A stretch of DNA of 64,000 nucleotides. Origin: Mytilus californianus. Lineage: Eukaryota. Under the pieces are notes generated by a model. That model did no database searches and was not told the origin of the DNA. It saw only the letters and a program-made list of their open reading frames with translations. Below, piece by piece: positions 33,601 to 45,379 of this stretch; within the stretch, counting starts at the first letter, position 1; every line of letters starts with the position of its first letter. The stretch spans positions 29,016,001-29,080,000 of the forward strand of contig NW_026262745.1 of NCBI RefSeq assembly GCF_021869535.1, in the 5' to 3' direction. The translations under genes were made by a program, and so were the position numbers.

Positions 33601-35934
33601 TTTTTTTTTTTTTATTAAAACTGTTTTTTCTTAATTTTCTCTTAAAAACGTTTGGATATAATGGAAATGCATTCCACTATATCCCATGTAATCGGTATTG
33701 ATGAAAGATTTCACAGTAATAAAATGCACATAGCAGTTAACAATTATGCTATCAATTTTACAAACGAAGGAAAAAAAAAAGATAAGCAGTGATCAATCAC
33801 CATTTATATAGTATATTTAAATTTATGCAAATATTGTCTTAAAAAGAACGACATTGAATGGTCTAAATTTTATTTCACAGCAACAAAAAAATATACTGTT
33901 GTATAAACATGTGCACTAGAAGCTCATCTGTTAAATGAATAATGATATGAAGAAAAATCGCCAGTCATGTATAATATTGAAAGAATTCCCTTAACAACAT
34001 ATATAAAATAAGTAGGTGTGGTTTGATTGCCAATGAGACAACTTTCTATATTAGAATAAAGGACGAGTATGGAAACAGCTACATGTCATCTTACGGCCTT
34101 CGAAGATGAGCAAACCCCATACCGTATGGTAAGCTATAAAAGATCCATTAAAGTTAAAAAGTGAAACGATTCAAAAGAAAAAAATGAGTTTAACAATTAG
34201 GGCAGACGAAAACCAATTACAACAATTTGAATACAAACTGCTGGCTTTAACGACTCATACAAACAGTGGGGACAAACATATTTGTTTGATTGATTGTTAG
34301 TGTTTAACGCCACTTTCAGCACTATTGGCTATATGTTGGCGGTCAGTTTTTATTGGTGAGGGAAGCCGGAACACTCCGGGAGAACCGCCGATTTTCGGCT
34401 GGAAAACTGACATATCTAGTTAGTCAAGATTAGATTAGAACGCACCTGCCGCGTGAGGTGTTCGAATCTGCAAAACCACAATGTTTATAAATAAGACGAT
34501 GTGGTAAGAGTGCCAATGAGACAACTATCCATCCAAGTCACAATGTGTAAAAAGTAAACAATTATACTAAGTAGGTCAAAGTACGGCCTTCAATACGTAG
34601 CCTTGGCTCACACCGAACAGCAAGCTATAAAGGGCACCAAAAGACTAGTGTAAAACAATTCAAACAGGAAAACCAACGGTCTAATCTTTTACCTGCTATA
34701 TATTGATACAGAAGATAAACTACATCGACCAATCGACTACCGAGGCTCCAAAACTTATTTGTGATCGCCACATTTTGTAAGATGATAACGTATGAGGGAT
34801 TCATATAGATTTGCTTATTCACAGTTTGAAATATGCAAGCTTCTATGCCAACTTTGAGTTTGAATTTGTATTCTTAGTGTATCTTTATATTGATCAAAGA
34901 CAAACTGTCAATGTGATGTTAACATTTTTTTTTCATTTAAAACTTAATACATGCGTTTGCTTTGACGTGTACATTGTAGCATGTGTAAGATTGAAATAAA
35001 AAAAAAACCTTTTCCAAATCTCAAATTTCTCCTTTAACTGTTAGGTCCTTTTTGATGTTATAACACTTCAACTTTTTCGGTTCTTATACATCCTTGGCTT
35101 TCAAATATTCAACTTTGAGCGTTTCCAATGAAGGTAAATCCAGAAAAGCTCTTCGGACGCTTGACATTTATAATGGGTATTTTTGAAAAAATTATTTTGA
35201 AAATAGAAATTGAATTGAAGGTGGATTTTTGGTAGTCTCTTTTAAATTTATTCAAAACTTAATTTAGAGTTTGACATATGGTAATTGCAATAATTACGCT
35301 ATTGCAGAAATCCGTATGAAGGCCTCTATTCTATGTACGTATTTTCTGTTTTATGTAATTGATTTGATTGATTGGTGTTTAACGCCACTTTCAACACTAT
35401 TGTGCTATTTCGTGGTGGTCAGCTTTTATTGGTGGAGGAAGCCGGAGTGCCCGGAGAGAAAACTGACAATCCTAGTCAATTAAGATTGGAGTCGAATGCA
35501 CCTGCTACGTGCGGGATTCGAACTCAGAACCTCAGTGTTGACTGGCTAGTGATACAGTAGTTCTTCTACTTAGACCACTCGGCCACCGAGGCCCCTGTTT
35601 TATGAATTATTAGACTTTCATTTCATTGAGGTATTATACACCACATTTTCTTGTCTTGATAGATTAACAAAACATATTTCAAACAGAATCTTATGGAAAG
35701 AAAATACCTTCAGTTTTATGTTTCCTTTTTTCAGATAGATACTTCACTCGAGAACAGACAGTTGGTAGTTACACAGTCATCCAAACGACAAATACATATT
35801 CTGTTATTTGTTGTGGAATTAGATGCTTTCGTCTTTCTGTATGCAATGGTTTCAGATTTAATTCTTCTGACCATACTTGTGACATGCTGACCATTTCTAA
35901 TTCACCGGGAAATAATGAAGATATATATATCTAA
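21638..35934 (+). CDS. Secreted C-type lectin domain + C-terminal PAN/Apple domain protein, 217 aa
   Basis: Coding exons 21638-21692 (MIGYKFLFVLSTKLSFIS), 26459-26648 (CVGTGWDLLGSKCYKV...LC), 27583-27680 (FWLGLTD...WNWEDG...FTDW), 32027-32137 (NPD..EHCV..WHDNPC..VVCQ) and 35735-35934 (SVICCGIRCFRLSVCNGFRF..TCDML*). Introns are GT-AG with phases 1/2/1/1, giving 654 nt with no internal stop. A likely 5'UTR exon ends at 21287 (GTAAGT donor). Confidence 0.85.
22502..22920 (-). mobile_element. Penelope-like retroelement 3' fragment
   Basis: Reverse-strand match to the RT C-terminus (NFLFLCSNIPAAPAYDV) and 3' tail of the copy at 44274-45379, with an internal deletion. Confidence 0.85.
23311..23403 (-). 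mobile_element. Hammerhead-bearing short element (family A), copy 2, decayed
   Basis: Reverse complement reads gcgttc CTTGTGA aggttaatcca GAAA agcact TT. The flank (ttcggttcttatac...ttggctttcaaaatattcggctttga) is shared with the other copies. Confidence 0.7.
23502..23590 (+). mobile_element. Hammerhead-bearing short element (family A), copy 3
   Basis: 23525-23565 reads gcgttc CTGAT-A aggtaaatcta GAAA agcgct TC ggacgc. Stems I and III and the UUC site are intact; one core G is deleted. Confidence 0.75.
24027..24885 (-). mobile_element. 5'-truncated LINE (CR1/L2-group) 3' end
   Basis: The minus strand encodes GDMGWMPCKIKQWTSVFRNWTRL and RSALAKFRCGVAPIRIETGRYE (post-RT domain typical of CR1/L2-group ORF2), then AATAAA and a (TCTTG)n tail. 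Confidence 0.8.
25068..25330 (+). repeat. Abundant unclassified interspersed repeat (aagaagatgtggtatgagtgccaatgagacaac family)
   Basis: Related copies on + at ~34010, ~34493, ~49345 and ~54590, and on - at ~12600, ~14030, ~39700, ~41700-41885 and ~47100. Confidence 0.75.
26755..27140 (-). mobile_element. Highly decayed Penelope-like RT fragment
   Basis: CTLLADLILYL...IYTIELAIKDTTETRKFISNLDLFLE and VNFPFL align to the RT at 44274-45074. YIDD is destroyed. Confidence 0.7.
28036..28181. mobile_element. Nested inverted-repeat (foldback) element; partial copy at ~42494-42545
   Basis: Three concentric IRs: tgaatgcttctttt/aaaagaagcattca, gggtgtaaaagtgttgaccg/cggacaacgcttttacaaccc and atgaagcg/cgcttcat. 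Confidence 0.7.
29294..31954 (+). mobile_element. Complete Helentron-associated non-autonomous element with three ~730-bp internal tandem units
   Basis: 5' hairpin aggtctttccac-ctttcc-gtggaaagacct (29296-29325). Units anchored at 29355, 30084 and 30816. 3' subTIR gtggaaagacct (31915-26), hairpin caattgttc-tct-gaacaattg (31928-48), then TTTT. Confidence 0.9.
32840..33210 (+). mobile_element. Decayed Penelope-like RT C-terminal fragment
   Basis: Contains LEIDKD..., FSFPVVNFPFPSSNIPSA and QHHELVARYDVSVS, which match the element at 44274-45074. Confidence 0.75.
34283..34480 (-). mobile_element. tRNA-derived V-SINE-like copy, truncated
   Basis: Similar to 35356-35594 (gtgtttaacgccactttcagc...gaagccgga...ccgggagaa). 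Confidence 0.75.
35041..35180 (+). mobile_element. Hammerhead-bearing short element (family A), copy 4
   Basis: 35119-35160 reads gcgttt CCAATGA aggtaaatcca GAAA agctct TC ggacgc. Confidence 0.7.
35356..35594 (-). mobile_element. Full-length tRNA-derived SINE with V-domain-like core
   Basis: Minus-strand head GGGGCCTCGGTGGCCGAGTGG (A box) ... GTTCGAATCC (B box), core TCTCCGGGCACTCCGGCTTCCTCCACC, (AATC)n tail, and a 10-bp TSD ctgttttatg at 35346-55 and 35595-604. Confidence 0.85.
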
Positions 35935-36359
35935 TGTTACCTTCTTTAGTTTTAGAAAAAAAACTATATGAAATGATAGATGAATATTTATGGGTTGTTT
36001 CGGTTATTTTTATTTTTCGGTCATGATATCTACAGTCACGCAATTTTAGAATATGTTAATATTGTAATTGAATGCAAATTAAAAAAATAATAATTCACTT
36101 AATGTTGTCATTGAAGGTTAAATATACGTATGATAACAATTTTATTGCGCACGATGTGCTTACCTCAAGTTGCCGTCATAAAGTACACCCATGACAAAAA
36201 GGCTTGGGATTCAAATACATGACAAGTACTTTGTGAGCTATCATACCAAGTATTGTGCTCTTTGTTGTCTGTAAACGGATATCATCAAGCAAAATATACA
36301 TGTAAGACTCAGAAAGACGCGCGTTCCTCAGTCAAATCTACGTCCGACGTCATAATTAA

Positions 36360-36951
36360 GGTAGATCATAAGTATATATTTTTTGAGACAGAATTTTCTT
36401 ATACTTTGCCAAAATGAAGATTTTACTATGCTTTTTTAAAAAATATAATAAAAAGTATGGGTTACCGTGCTATTTTCCAAGCTATGAGTCGTTGAAAATT
36501 GCCTAAATTTGGTTAGATTGTTCATGAAAAAACACATTTGTGTGCAGAAAAAGAAATCTATGAGATAGAATGTTGAAATAAATTGTGAGAAGATAGGTTT
36601 TATAAAATGTTTTAAGAAAATAAAAAGAAAAAATGGTGTCACCGAACTTGTTTTCTTGCTACAAGTAAAAATTAAAAATTTCCCTATCAGTCCAGTATAT
36701 ATTTTATACTAAAAGAGTTATCTCCCCTTAAATGGCTTATTTGAAAAAATAGATTTTAAAAAACACAAAATTTGATATTTGTTTAAATATTTTGAATAGT
36801 ACAATAAATCACCTAGTTTTCTTTATATTAATAAACAGTGTAACAAATAAATTGCAAATCTGTCTCCAAATTTGCAGAATTGAGCAAATAACTAGACCAA
36901 TTTTGTACTGCGATTGTACAATCCAAGATGGCGGTATACCATGAAACAACC
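36360..36951. mobile_element. Kolobok-type non-autonomous DNA transposon (copy 1)
   Basis: TTAA on both flanks (36356-59, 36952-55), GG...CC termini with short imperfect TIRs (GGTAGATCAT / ATGAAACAACC). It is the reverse complement of 55001-55602. Confidence 0.8.
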
Positions 36952-37670
36952 TTAAATAAGATTTCATTCTATGCCCCTCTAATCGATGTCTTTTTTGTTG
37001 TTTTCAAATCGACGTCCAATATTTGGCTTCCTCATTGGACGTCACAATTTTATTTCGTGAAAACAACTGTCATATTCTTGATTTGATACATGTATTTTCC
37101 GAATGCAAATGGTTAGTTGATTCAGAATCTAAAACTCAAAAAGTAGTTAAAAATATAAGATTTTAAATCTTGCAGAGTCCAAATAATAATACTTTTCAAC
37201 AATCGACTGTACTTCTTTATATTGTCTATTGTATAGCCCTAGATTTCTTTCGGTTATTGGAGAGTGCAATAATTAAAAAATCATTCAGTTAACGCACTCC
37301 TCTAAAAATAACAGATCTGAAGTTAACTCACTCAAAGATCAAAGGAAAAACTATCGTTCATGTTACAATGTCATATTAAAATAATAAGTTCTTATTGTAC
37401 CATGGGTTTGGACTCAAAGTGCTTGAAAGGCGTCATTCTAGAATTTTATTTGTTTTATAACTGAAATAAAAAAAAAAAACCTACTCTGTAAAAACCATTA
37501 TTTTAATTTAATTGGGGGTGGGGGTAAATTACGGACAGTCAATCATGATTCTTCAACGGTATGAAAATCTCATCCCTTATCTTTGTAAAACAAGATTGTT
37601 TACATTTTGAATGATATTTTGAAAAAAAGTTATTTTACTTTAAATGAAATATATAAAGTTGATGTTGCAG

Positions 37671-38102
37671 ATAATATACAGGATGTTATGGTGGCTTTTT
37701 ACGCATACATGAGCAAAACCGAACCAGCTATTAAGCCCAGGACGACATCACACATTTATATTTGACACCATCTTAACAAATTCTGGGTCTGGATATAACA
37801 AACATAATGGCATGTTTACGGTGCCTAACCATGGTCATTATGTTTTCACATGGACAGTTATCTCAGAGCGTCATGGATGGTTTTTTTTTTCGGAAATCGT
37901 TATTAATTCTTCTCCTTTTGGGAGCATTCTTTCAGATTCTGAAATAGCCAACGAGGAGCATACCGCTACAAGTACAATTGTAGTAGAAGTGAACCAGGGA
38001 GATGTGGTATATATACGCACCAATCGAACGATAGCTATTAAGAGAGGAATTCCTAGCTCAAGCCTGCGCCGTACTTCATTTAGTGGATGGAAAATATTTT
38101 GA
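37671..38102 (+). pseudogene. C1q domain-containing (C1qDC) terminal exon with a frameshift
   Basis: Acceptor ttgcag| then VAFYAYMSKTEP, which runs into TGA at 37763. A net +1 shift near 37727-37733 restores SPGRHHTFIFDTILTNSGSGYNKHNGMFTVPNHGHYVFTWT...VVEVNQGDVVYIR...TSFSGWKIF*, a classic gC1q sequence. Confidence 0.85.
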
Positions 38103-38434
38103 GTAAAACGTATCTCATATGTATTCTTTTTATGTTTTTAATCAACACTACGTTATTCGTATTTTGAATTGGCAAACATGTATCTTTATTCGTACATTTA
38201 TTAAATAGACTTCTGATAGAGACTTCTCACGAATAATTGATATAAGCTAGCTTACATTATCCTGTTAACTTCACGTTCAGAATCAATCTGTTGTATAGAT
38301 TATCATTGGTAATTAACGTAACTAAATATTATAATCTTAATTTGCAATTAAACTGGAAATAAAGGATACTTGTTTGTACCTCGGGTACAGTTGGGTTTGC
38401 TTCATACCTTGAATTACCAGAAGAAATTTACAGT

Positions 38435-38660
38435 TCATTGGTTAGTTGAGAACTGATATTTACGAGATGATTTCCCATTGTGAACAAGCCATTTTATAGA
38501 TAGCAATATTCCATGTATCCCCAAACTGACATGATATTCCAGGGCTACTATTTCTTGTCATGATTGCCTCGACAGAGGTTTTCCAGTTACAAGGAAGCTA
38601 TTAAACAATGATTCTAAATAGCTAAGTTGAAGTAATCTTTTAAAAAGTTTTACAGACGCT
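38435..38660 (+). mobile_element. Decayed Penelope-like RT C-terminal fragment
   Basis: Nucleotide similarity to ~44780-45000 (gatgatttcccattgtgaac...ctcgacagagg...aggaagctattaaac...ttttacagacgc). Confidence 0.7.
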
Positions 38661-40085
38661 GAATATGGATGAGCTTCGGTTCCTTGTGCAGTTGTAGAGA
38701 TATAGTACAGCAATACAATCACCGTTCCTTTGCTTTGTTTGTCAAGTAGGGATGTTGTTTTAAAATATTAAGAAAAAAAGCTCCCAACATTGTTTTGCAT
38801 TATCTTATGCACACTGTTTAGAAAAAGCGTAATTTTCATATCAATTTAACATTTCCGGTTGAGAAAGATCAGATCGTGAAAATTGTCGTGAAAGAATAAG
38901 TATCGCTTATTTGATTTACAAACATAATTGAAAGCGTTCCAATCATTCCGGTAAAATTATCATTGTAATCGGTATAATTATAGACGCCTATGATAGGAGG
39001 GTTGATATCTCACAAAACATGCTTAATCCCGCCGAATTTTTTCGCCTGTCCCAAGTCAGAAACATCTGGCCTTTGTTACATGTAGTCTTGTGTGTTTTTT
39101 AATTTTGGTTCATTTGTATGTTTCGGAGTTATTGTCTCTTGACACATTCTACGTTTCCATTCTCTATTCTACTGACTAACATAACTTTTTTCCTTTTCAA
39201 TTTTGTTTGGGAATGTGGCTACTATCATGGTTCAATGTCGTAAAATCTAGTTCCTTTTTTATATGTGAAACTTCCAACTCCACAGAAGAAAAAAACACCA
39301 CACTAAATTGGCAAACTGTCACTCTCAAAAAAACTTGCTCCAATCGTGATACAATCACTAGATATTATATATAATATACTATTGATTTATCAATAACTTA
39401 CAAAGTATCATTTCAAATTAGCCTTTAACAAAATTTGTAATCGTATTAAGATTTACATTTTGTTTATCCTGAATTATTCACCAGTTTGTGATCGTACATA
39501 TTTATCTTTTTGAGATAAAAGTCTTAAAGCTTTTAAAAATAAAACCCTCATCTTTCATAAATTGTACACAACACAGTTCACTTTGTATGAAATTTCATCT
39601 CTATAAAATGTAAAGCTTAATTACGCCCAAGCTATTACCGCTTATCACTACGGAAGATACAGTATAATCGATTTCGGTCCTTTTATAGTTTGCTTGATGT
39701 GGTATGGGATTTGTTCACTGTAAAGGCCATGCTGACTACTACGTCATTTGGTTTCTGATGGAGAGTTGTCTCATTGGCAATTATGCCACATCTTATTTGA
39801 ATAAGTTTATTATCCACCAGTTTCATCATATATTTATTGTACCAGGATATTGTATATTTGTATTATGTAGTGTGTTTCTGTTTCTGTTTAGGAGGCAACT
39901 CTAAGGTGGTCTGTCATAGTGTATGCATATAATATTGACTTGTTATTGTTTGCTATATCTGTGATTTTGTCAATCAGACATGTCGAAATCTATTTATAAG
40001 GCTTTGAATGAAAGGAGGTAAACCTTGAGTATGAGAGATTGCTCATGTTTACTGGGTTTCTAATACTATTAGTTACACAGTCTGC

Positions 40086-40227
40086 TAGTGACTTAATACG
40101 ATATCTATGGGGTCAGTAAATTCCATAGCAAACCCCATATGCAATTTACTGACCCCATATATATCGTATTAGGTAGCGAACCCCATACGGAATTTACTGA
40201 TCCCATATATACCGTATTAGGTCACTA
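40086..40227. repeat. Palindromic element with a tandemly duplicated right arm
   Basis: Left arm 40086-40124 is complementary to both 40141-40174 and 40189-40227. The two right arms form a 48-bp tandem repeat. Confidence 0.85.
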
Positions 40228-43200
40228 TAGCACTCTGTGTAACGAATTTATCTTACTGACTTATCTTAACATGTGGCATGTAGACTAGTAGCATATCAAA
40301 GTGATCAAGTCTTCAATATAAAGAACCTACTTCCATTAGTCTATACAAAAACAAATGCCTACACTAACAACTCGTTAGCTTTAATGTGTTTTCTGCATCT
40401 ATTTTAATCGTTCATCATCAATTTCTTCGTTTGTTGTCCGGGCGAAACGTTTCAGATTTTCCCTAAACGTCGTGTTGTTTTTATAAAGGGACGTAACACC
40501 ACTACCAACCGTGTATTAAAATAAACCACGACTACTAACCCCATATATAATATACACAGTCTCCACACGGTCGATTTTAACCAAACACATTCCTAGAAAC
40601 GTATAGGAGGTAAGATAACCAGTTATCTAGTCAGTGATTACGAATATGTAATACATATTGTCAGCACTGAATTACAAAGATTGTACAACATCATCTCAGA
40701 AAATTGGACAAGATCAACTTCAAACCATTAAATGAAGTCATTAGGATTTTTTATTAACTTAAAGATACAAGGATAAAAAAACTGAAAAATATAGAAAATA
40801 ATAAAACATATATACTTTGAACGGTTTCTCAGTAATGATTGCTTATTGGGCCGGGGAATGATCTGACATCAAATATTTGAAGGTAACTTAAAGATAAAAT
40901 TGAACTGTAAAATGTTAAGTGTTCCGATTATTCAAAGCGGTAGACTGTACCTTGTGTCTTCGGCCATATTCTTGAAGATATTATCTGAACAACCATTAAA
41001 GTAAGCTAATGCTAACACATTTCCTATATTAGGACAAATATGCATCTATAAAAAGTAACTGTTTTTATTGAATAATGCGAAAACATATAGCAATGTGCAC
41101 CTTCTGATGGGTTCGTCTGGCTATTTGGATAATCAAAATCTGGAACGGCATATTCAGCATACCTCTTGTATAAAATGACATGGTGTATTCTAAAAACATA
41201 TTGATGGACCATGTATTGACAGATGTCATTCTAAAGTGAAATATAAGAAAAATTAACGAGAGGGAAAAGTTAAGTATTATTCTAGCCCTTTAAAATTTAA
41301 GAAAAAAAAATGATGAACAGCTTTAGGTAAAGGGTCGGAGGAACACAACTCGGACCGAAAAAAAAACCCCAACTACATGTATTTAAATATTTACATTAAA
41401 AACAATTAAGACAACATTTAACATTTGAGATGTGGCTATATATCGGCAGCACCCATTATCAAACAGGAAAAAGGAAAAAAAAACACTCGATTTTCAATCG
41501 GGAAGAAAATGCTTCTATTCCTATAAGTTTAAGAATACTAGTTACATATCTTTCAGATAATTGATCTAACTGAATAATATCAAAAGGTATAAATATAACA
41601 TTAACGATACCAATTTTACTGCAACAGATGAATATTTCGAAATTAAATGTCAATGATGTTGTTTGTGGTTTTGAAATTTACGGATTTAAGTAAACATTTT
41701 GTATATAAATTAGGCCGTTAGTTTCTCGTTTGAATTGTTTGCATTTGTCATTTCGGGGCCTTTTATAACTGACTGTGCGGTATGGGTTTTGCTAATTGTT
41801 GAAGGCCGTACGGTGACCTATTTGGTCTCTTGTGGAGAGTTGTTTCATTGGCAGTTATACATGTACCACATCTTCTTAGTTTTATATTAGGTCATTATCA
41901 AAGGTTTACACTTAATTCTATCGATTTAGTGTTATCAGTAACTGTACATATCCGGTATTATTTGTTGATAAAAACGTGAACTATACGTATACACAACTTA
42001 TAAAGGTAAGTCAAAGCTTAGTGATAAATATGAAAGACTTCTTTTAAGTAACAAGAATTAGTGTCCGAAAAGAAAACACAACATAATAGAAGCAATAATC
42101 AAGTTGTTTTGTCTCTTTAATTTTTTTCACGTTCGGTTCACGTTTATAATTAACAACATTCAATTTGTAAAAAATGTTGAAGGCTGCGCGGTGTTCTATA
42201 GACGTGGAGATAAATCCTTTCTCGTTTATTTGGCCTTTAAACACTGGCCATTATAAATATCTTTCTTATATCAAATAGATAACCAAATGTAGTTTGTTAA
42301 AATTACCCATGCTACATTTTAATCAATTAAATATACTGATTTTATCAAGTAAGTTGATGATAAACTTCTCATAACTATGTGGGTTATTAGGATTGTGTAC
42401 GTACACTAGTCTCATCACCATTTTGATAGAAAGACGAGACAAGATAATGAATTTGTAACGTTGACACAAATAAGGTGCTACAACTCTTTTACATTTAAGA
42501 ACTGAATGCTTCTTTTTTAATCTATTGGGATGTAAAAGTGTTGACATATGTTTATGGTTTATTGAGGATACAGATATAAAACATAAACAATGTAGTCCTA
42601 AAAATTGATTCGTATGTTTATACGTACTTTTAATTAGATATTTCCTTTTTCGCTTAGTAAACAGGATGTTAAAATTGAGATGTTGTGAATGGTAGGGGAA
42701 ACCTAATAAGAAATAAACTAAGTAGTACTGAATTGTTACAGCTAGGAATACGACATGAAAGTCAAAATGCCATTCCAACTAGGTGTAAATTGTTTTGCCA
42801 CTTAAATCTGAAAAAATTAAGACAAGAAATATTCGAACTATGAACTCATCGGAATTCTAGAGCTCTGAATCTCCTTACTAGTTCTTAAAGAATTTAACAC
42901 ATTTTAAACGTAAAATAATGTCGACAATTTAAGTTTCAAGTTATGTTATGTATTAGGCAATGAATTTGAGTTAAATCTTTTTAAAAATCCGCCTTTTAAA
43001 TATAAAAAAAAAATAAATATATTTTTACTGTAAGGTATGGATTCAGCGACACTGCATTTTTTTAATTAAAATTCATCTAGTTATACTAGAAAACTAAAGA
43101 CTTACGGGTATTTTTACTCTTAAAATTTGTTATGAAAAGGACTGCTGGTCAATTAAATCTTGAACCGATATTGTAATACGTGATTACAATATTTCCTTAA

Positions 43201-43964
43201 AACGTAGGGCCAAGGAGTTTGAAAACTTGAATGTGATAAATTAATGTGATAGGGTTTGTCACTTAAATTCATGAAGTAGGATGCTCACCCGACATCCTTC
43301 ACTAAAACTACCTGCCATGATAATTATACTCACTTTTTTAAAGTGCATTTTGCGACATTTACAGTAAAATCTACATAGTTATTGTAGCTGTTTTGTTCAA
43401 AATATTTTTTCGGACAAAATCTATTTTGGTAGGCCTTAATGGTTAGTCAGTTTTGAATTAGCATACATGTATAATGACTAACATGATACAACAACAGATT
43501 TAACAATTTCGATTATAAAAATCGAGAAACTAAGGTTACCCTTAAATCATAAATCCATGCTCCAGTGTAAAGCGCAGTTGATTGGGCCTGTCTGTTTGGA
43601 AGCTTGTCATTTGGACATCGAGTTAAAACTTTTACATTTGATAATTCGGTACTTATTGTCTATTAACGAACATTTTTTACAGGATTTTCTTTTCTTTTTG
43701 TAAAAGATAAACCAATTGGTGGAAGATCGACAGTGATTGTAATGAAAACAAAATTAATGTGCAAATCCTGAAAAGTGCTGGAAGCAATCAAGGTTTTTGA
43801 AAAAAAAAAAACATTTATTGTCTTATTGATAAACTTATTATAAACTGGCGAAAATGGGAAATTATATAGATAATAACACATGCACAAATATATAGCAAAT
43901 CAGCGTCTTTGTTTTTGTTCTTCATGTCAAAAGTCATCGGAAGCCTTCAATACCCCGATAAAAA

Positions 43965-44171
43965 GCTCCTACTTCACTGCTATTTTAAGAAGGCCCCTTG
44001 GGTCAGTTTGAGCTGAAATGTATACTAGATATCGACAACGCTAAATCTGAACATGAAAGACTGACATGCGTACATGGTAACATCAACAAGTTCAAAACCT
44101 TGCTTCCGTGACATCGTGGCAACACAATCTGCACTGTGTCCAGCGCCCTAAACCACTCGACCAACTAGGCT
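43965..44171 (-). mobile_element. Probable tRNA-derived SINE (different family)
   Basis: Minus-strand head TAGCCTAGTTGGTCGAGTGGTTTAGGGCGCTGG (A box-like) and a degenerate B box GGTTTTGAAC. Confidence 0.5.
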
Positions 44172-44273
44172 ATATAAAATATAGATTTCATTAGTCGAGT
44201 TATGCTTTCCTCGTTTGCTTTATCTAGGGTTGTAACACAGTACATGATTTAAAGTGACAAGTAGATGGTGTAC

Positions 44274-45379
44274 CTTTCATAAAAAAGAATGGCCAACGTA
44301 GATACAAGTTTCTTGTCTTAGGGAGGGATAAATCCTACTTTGTAAAAAATCACTCTGATTCCAACAAAAGATTCTCTGAAACTGAAATTATCAAGATGCT
44401 TGATTTCTTGATTGACAACTTATTTGTTACGTTTGGAGGACTTGTTTTTCAACAAACTACCGGCATTCCCATAGGAACCAACTGTGCCCCTCTTTTTGCC
44501 GGCTTGTTCCTTTATTCTTATGAGGCTGACGTCATACAGGAACTTCTTAGAAAAAAAGAAATGAAGTTAGCATGCAGTACCCTTTAACTTTACTTTCCGC
44601 TATATAGATGATGTTCTCTCACTATATAATTCAAAATTTGGTGACTATGTTGAACGCATCTATCCCATCGAAAAAGAGATAAAGGATACAACAGATACAG
44701 TTAAGTCTGCCTCATATCTTGACCTCCATCTAGAAATTGACAATGAGGGTCGGTTAAAAACGAAACTTTACGACAAAAGAGATGATTCCAGCTTCCCAAT
44801 TGTGATCTTTCCATTTCTATGTAGCAACATTCCAGCAGCGCCTGCATACGGAGTATATATCTCCCAATGGATACGATATTCCCAGGCTTGTATTTCCTAT
44901 CAGGATTTCCTTGATAGATGGTTGCTGCTCAGAAGGAAGCTATTAAACCAAGAGTTCCAAATGGTGAAGTTGAAATCACCCCTTCGTAAATTTTACGGAC
45001 GCCATCACGAGTTGGTTGACCGTTATGGAATATCCGTTTCACAGATGATAGCGGATATGTTCCGAATGTCGTAACTACACTCCCGTTCCCTTTTCACGAA
45101 TGTGACCTACCGAATTAGACTATTTACCGGGTTTGTACTAACATGAGCAACACGACGGGTGCCATATGTGGAGCAGGATCTGCTTACCCTTCCGGAGCAC
45201 CTGAGATCACCCCCAGTTTTTGGTGGGGTTCGTTTTGCTTAGTATTTAGTTTTCTATGTTGTATTTTGTGTACTATTTTGTGTCTGTTTGTGTGTCTTTT
45301 TCTTTTTTAGCCATGGCGTTGTCAGTTTATTTTCGACTTATGAGTTTGAATGTCCCTCTGGTATCGTTTGCCCCTCTTT
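44274..45379 (+). mobile_element. 5'-truncated Penelope-like retroelement (RT with no C-terminal GIY-YIG; Naiad-like)
   Basis: GIPIGTNCAPLFAGLFLYSYE, then a frameshift at ~44572-44582, then FRYIDDVLS (YIDD 44601-44612)...YLDLHLEI...NIPAAPAYGVYISQ...GRHHELVDRY, with the stop ending at 45074 directly after the thumb, followed by a ~300-bp 3' region. Confidence 0.9.

Noticed and set aside
35520-35594. tRNA gene
   Set aside because: The A and B boxes belong to a SINE head. There is no cloverleaf, and it is followed by a V-like core, a tail and a TSD.
41024-41212. Short ORFs on both strands with some Cys/Trp content
   Set aside because: No consistent frame, splice model or recognisable motif.
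45075-45300. SECIS element in the Penelope-like 3' region (some Naiads encode selenoproteins)
   Set aside because: I could not fold an RUGA/AA/GA kink-turn stem by eye, and there is no in-frame TGA in the RT remnant. SECISearch would be decisive.
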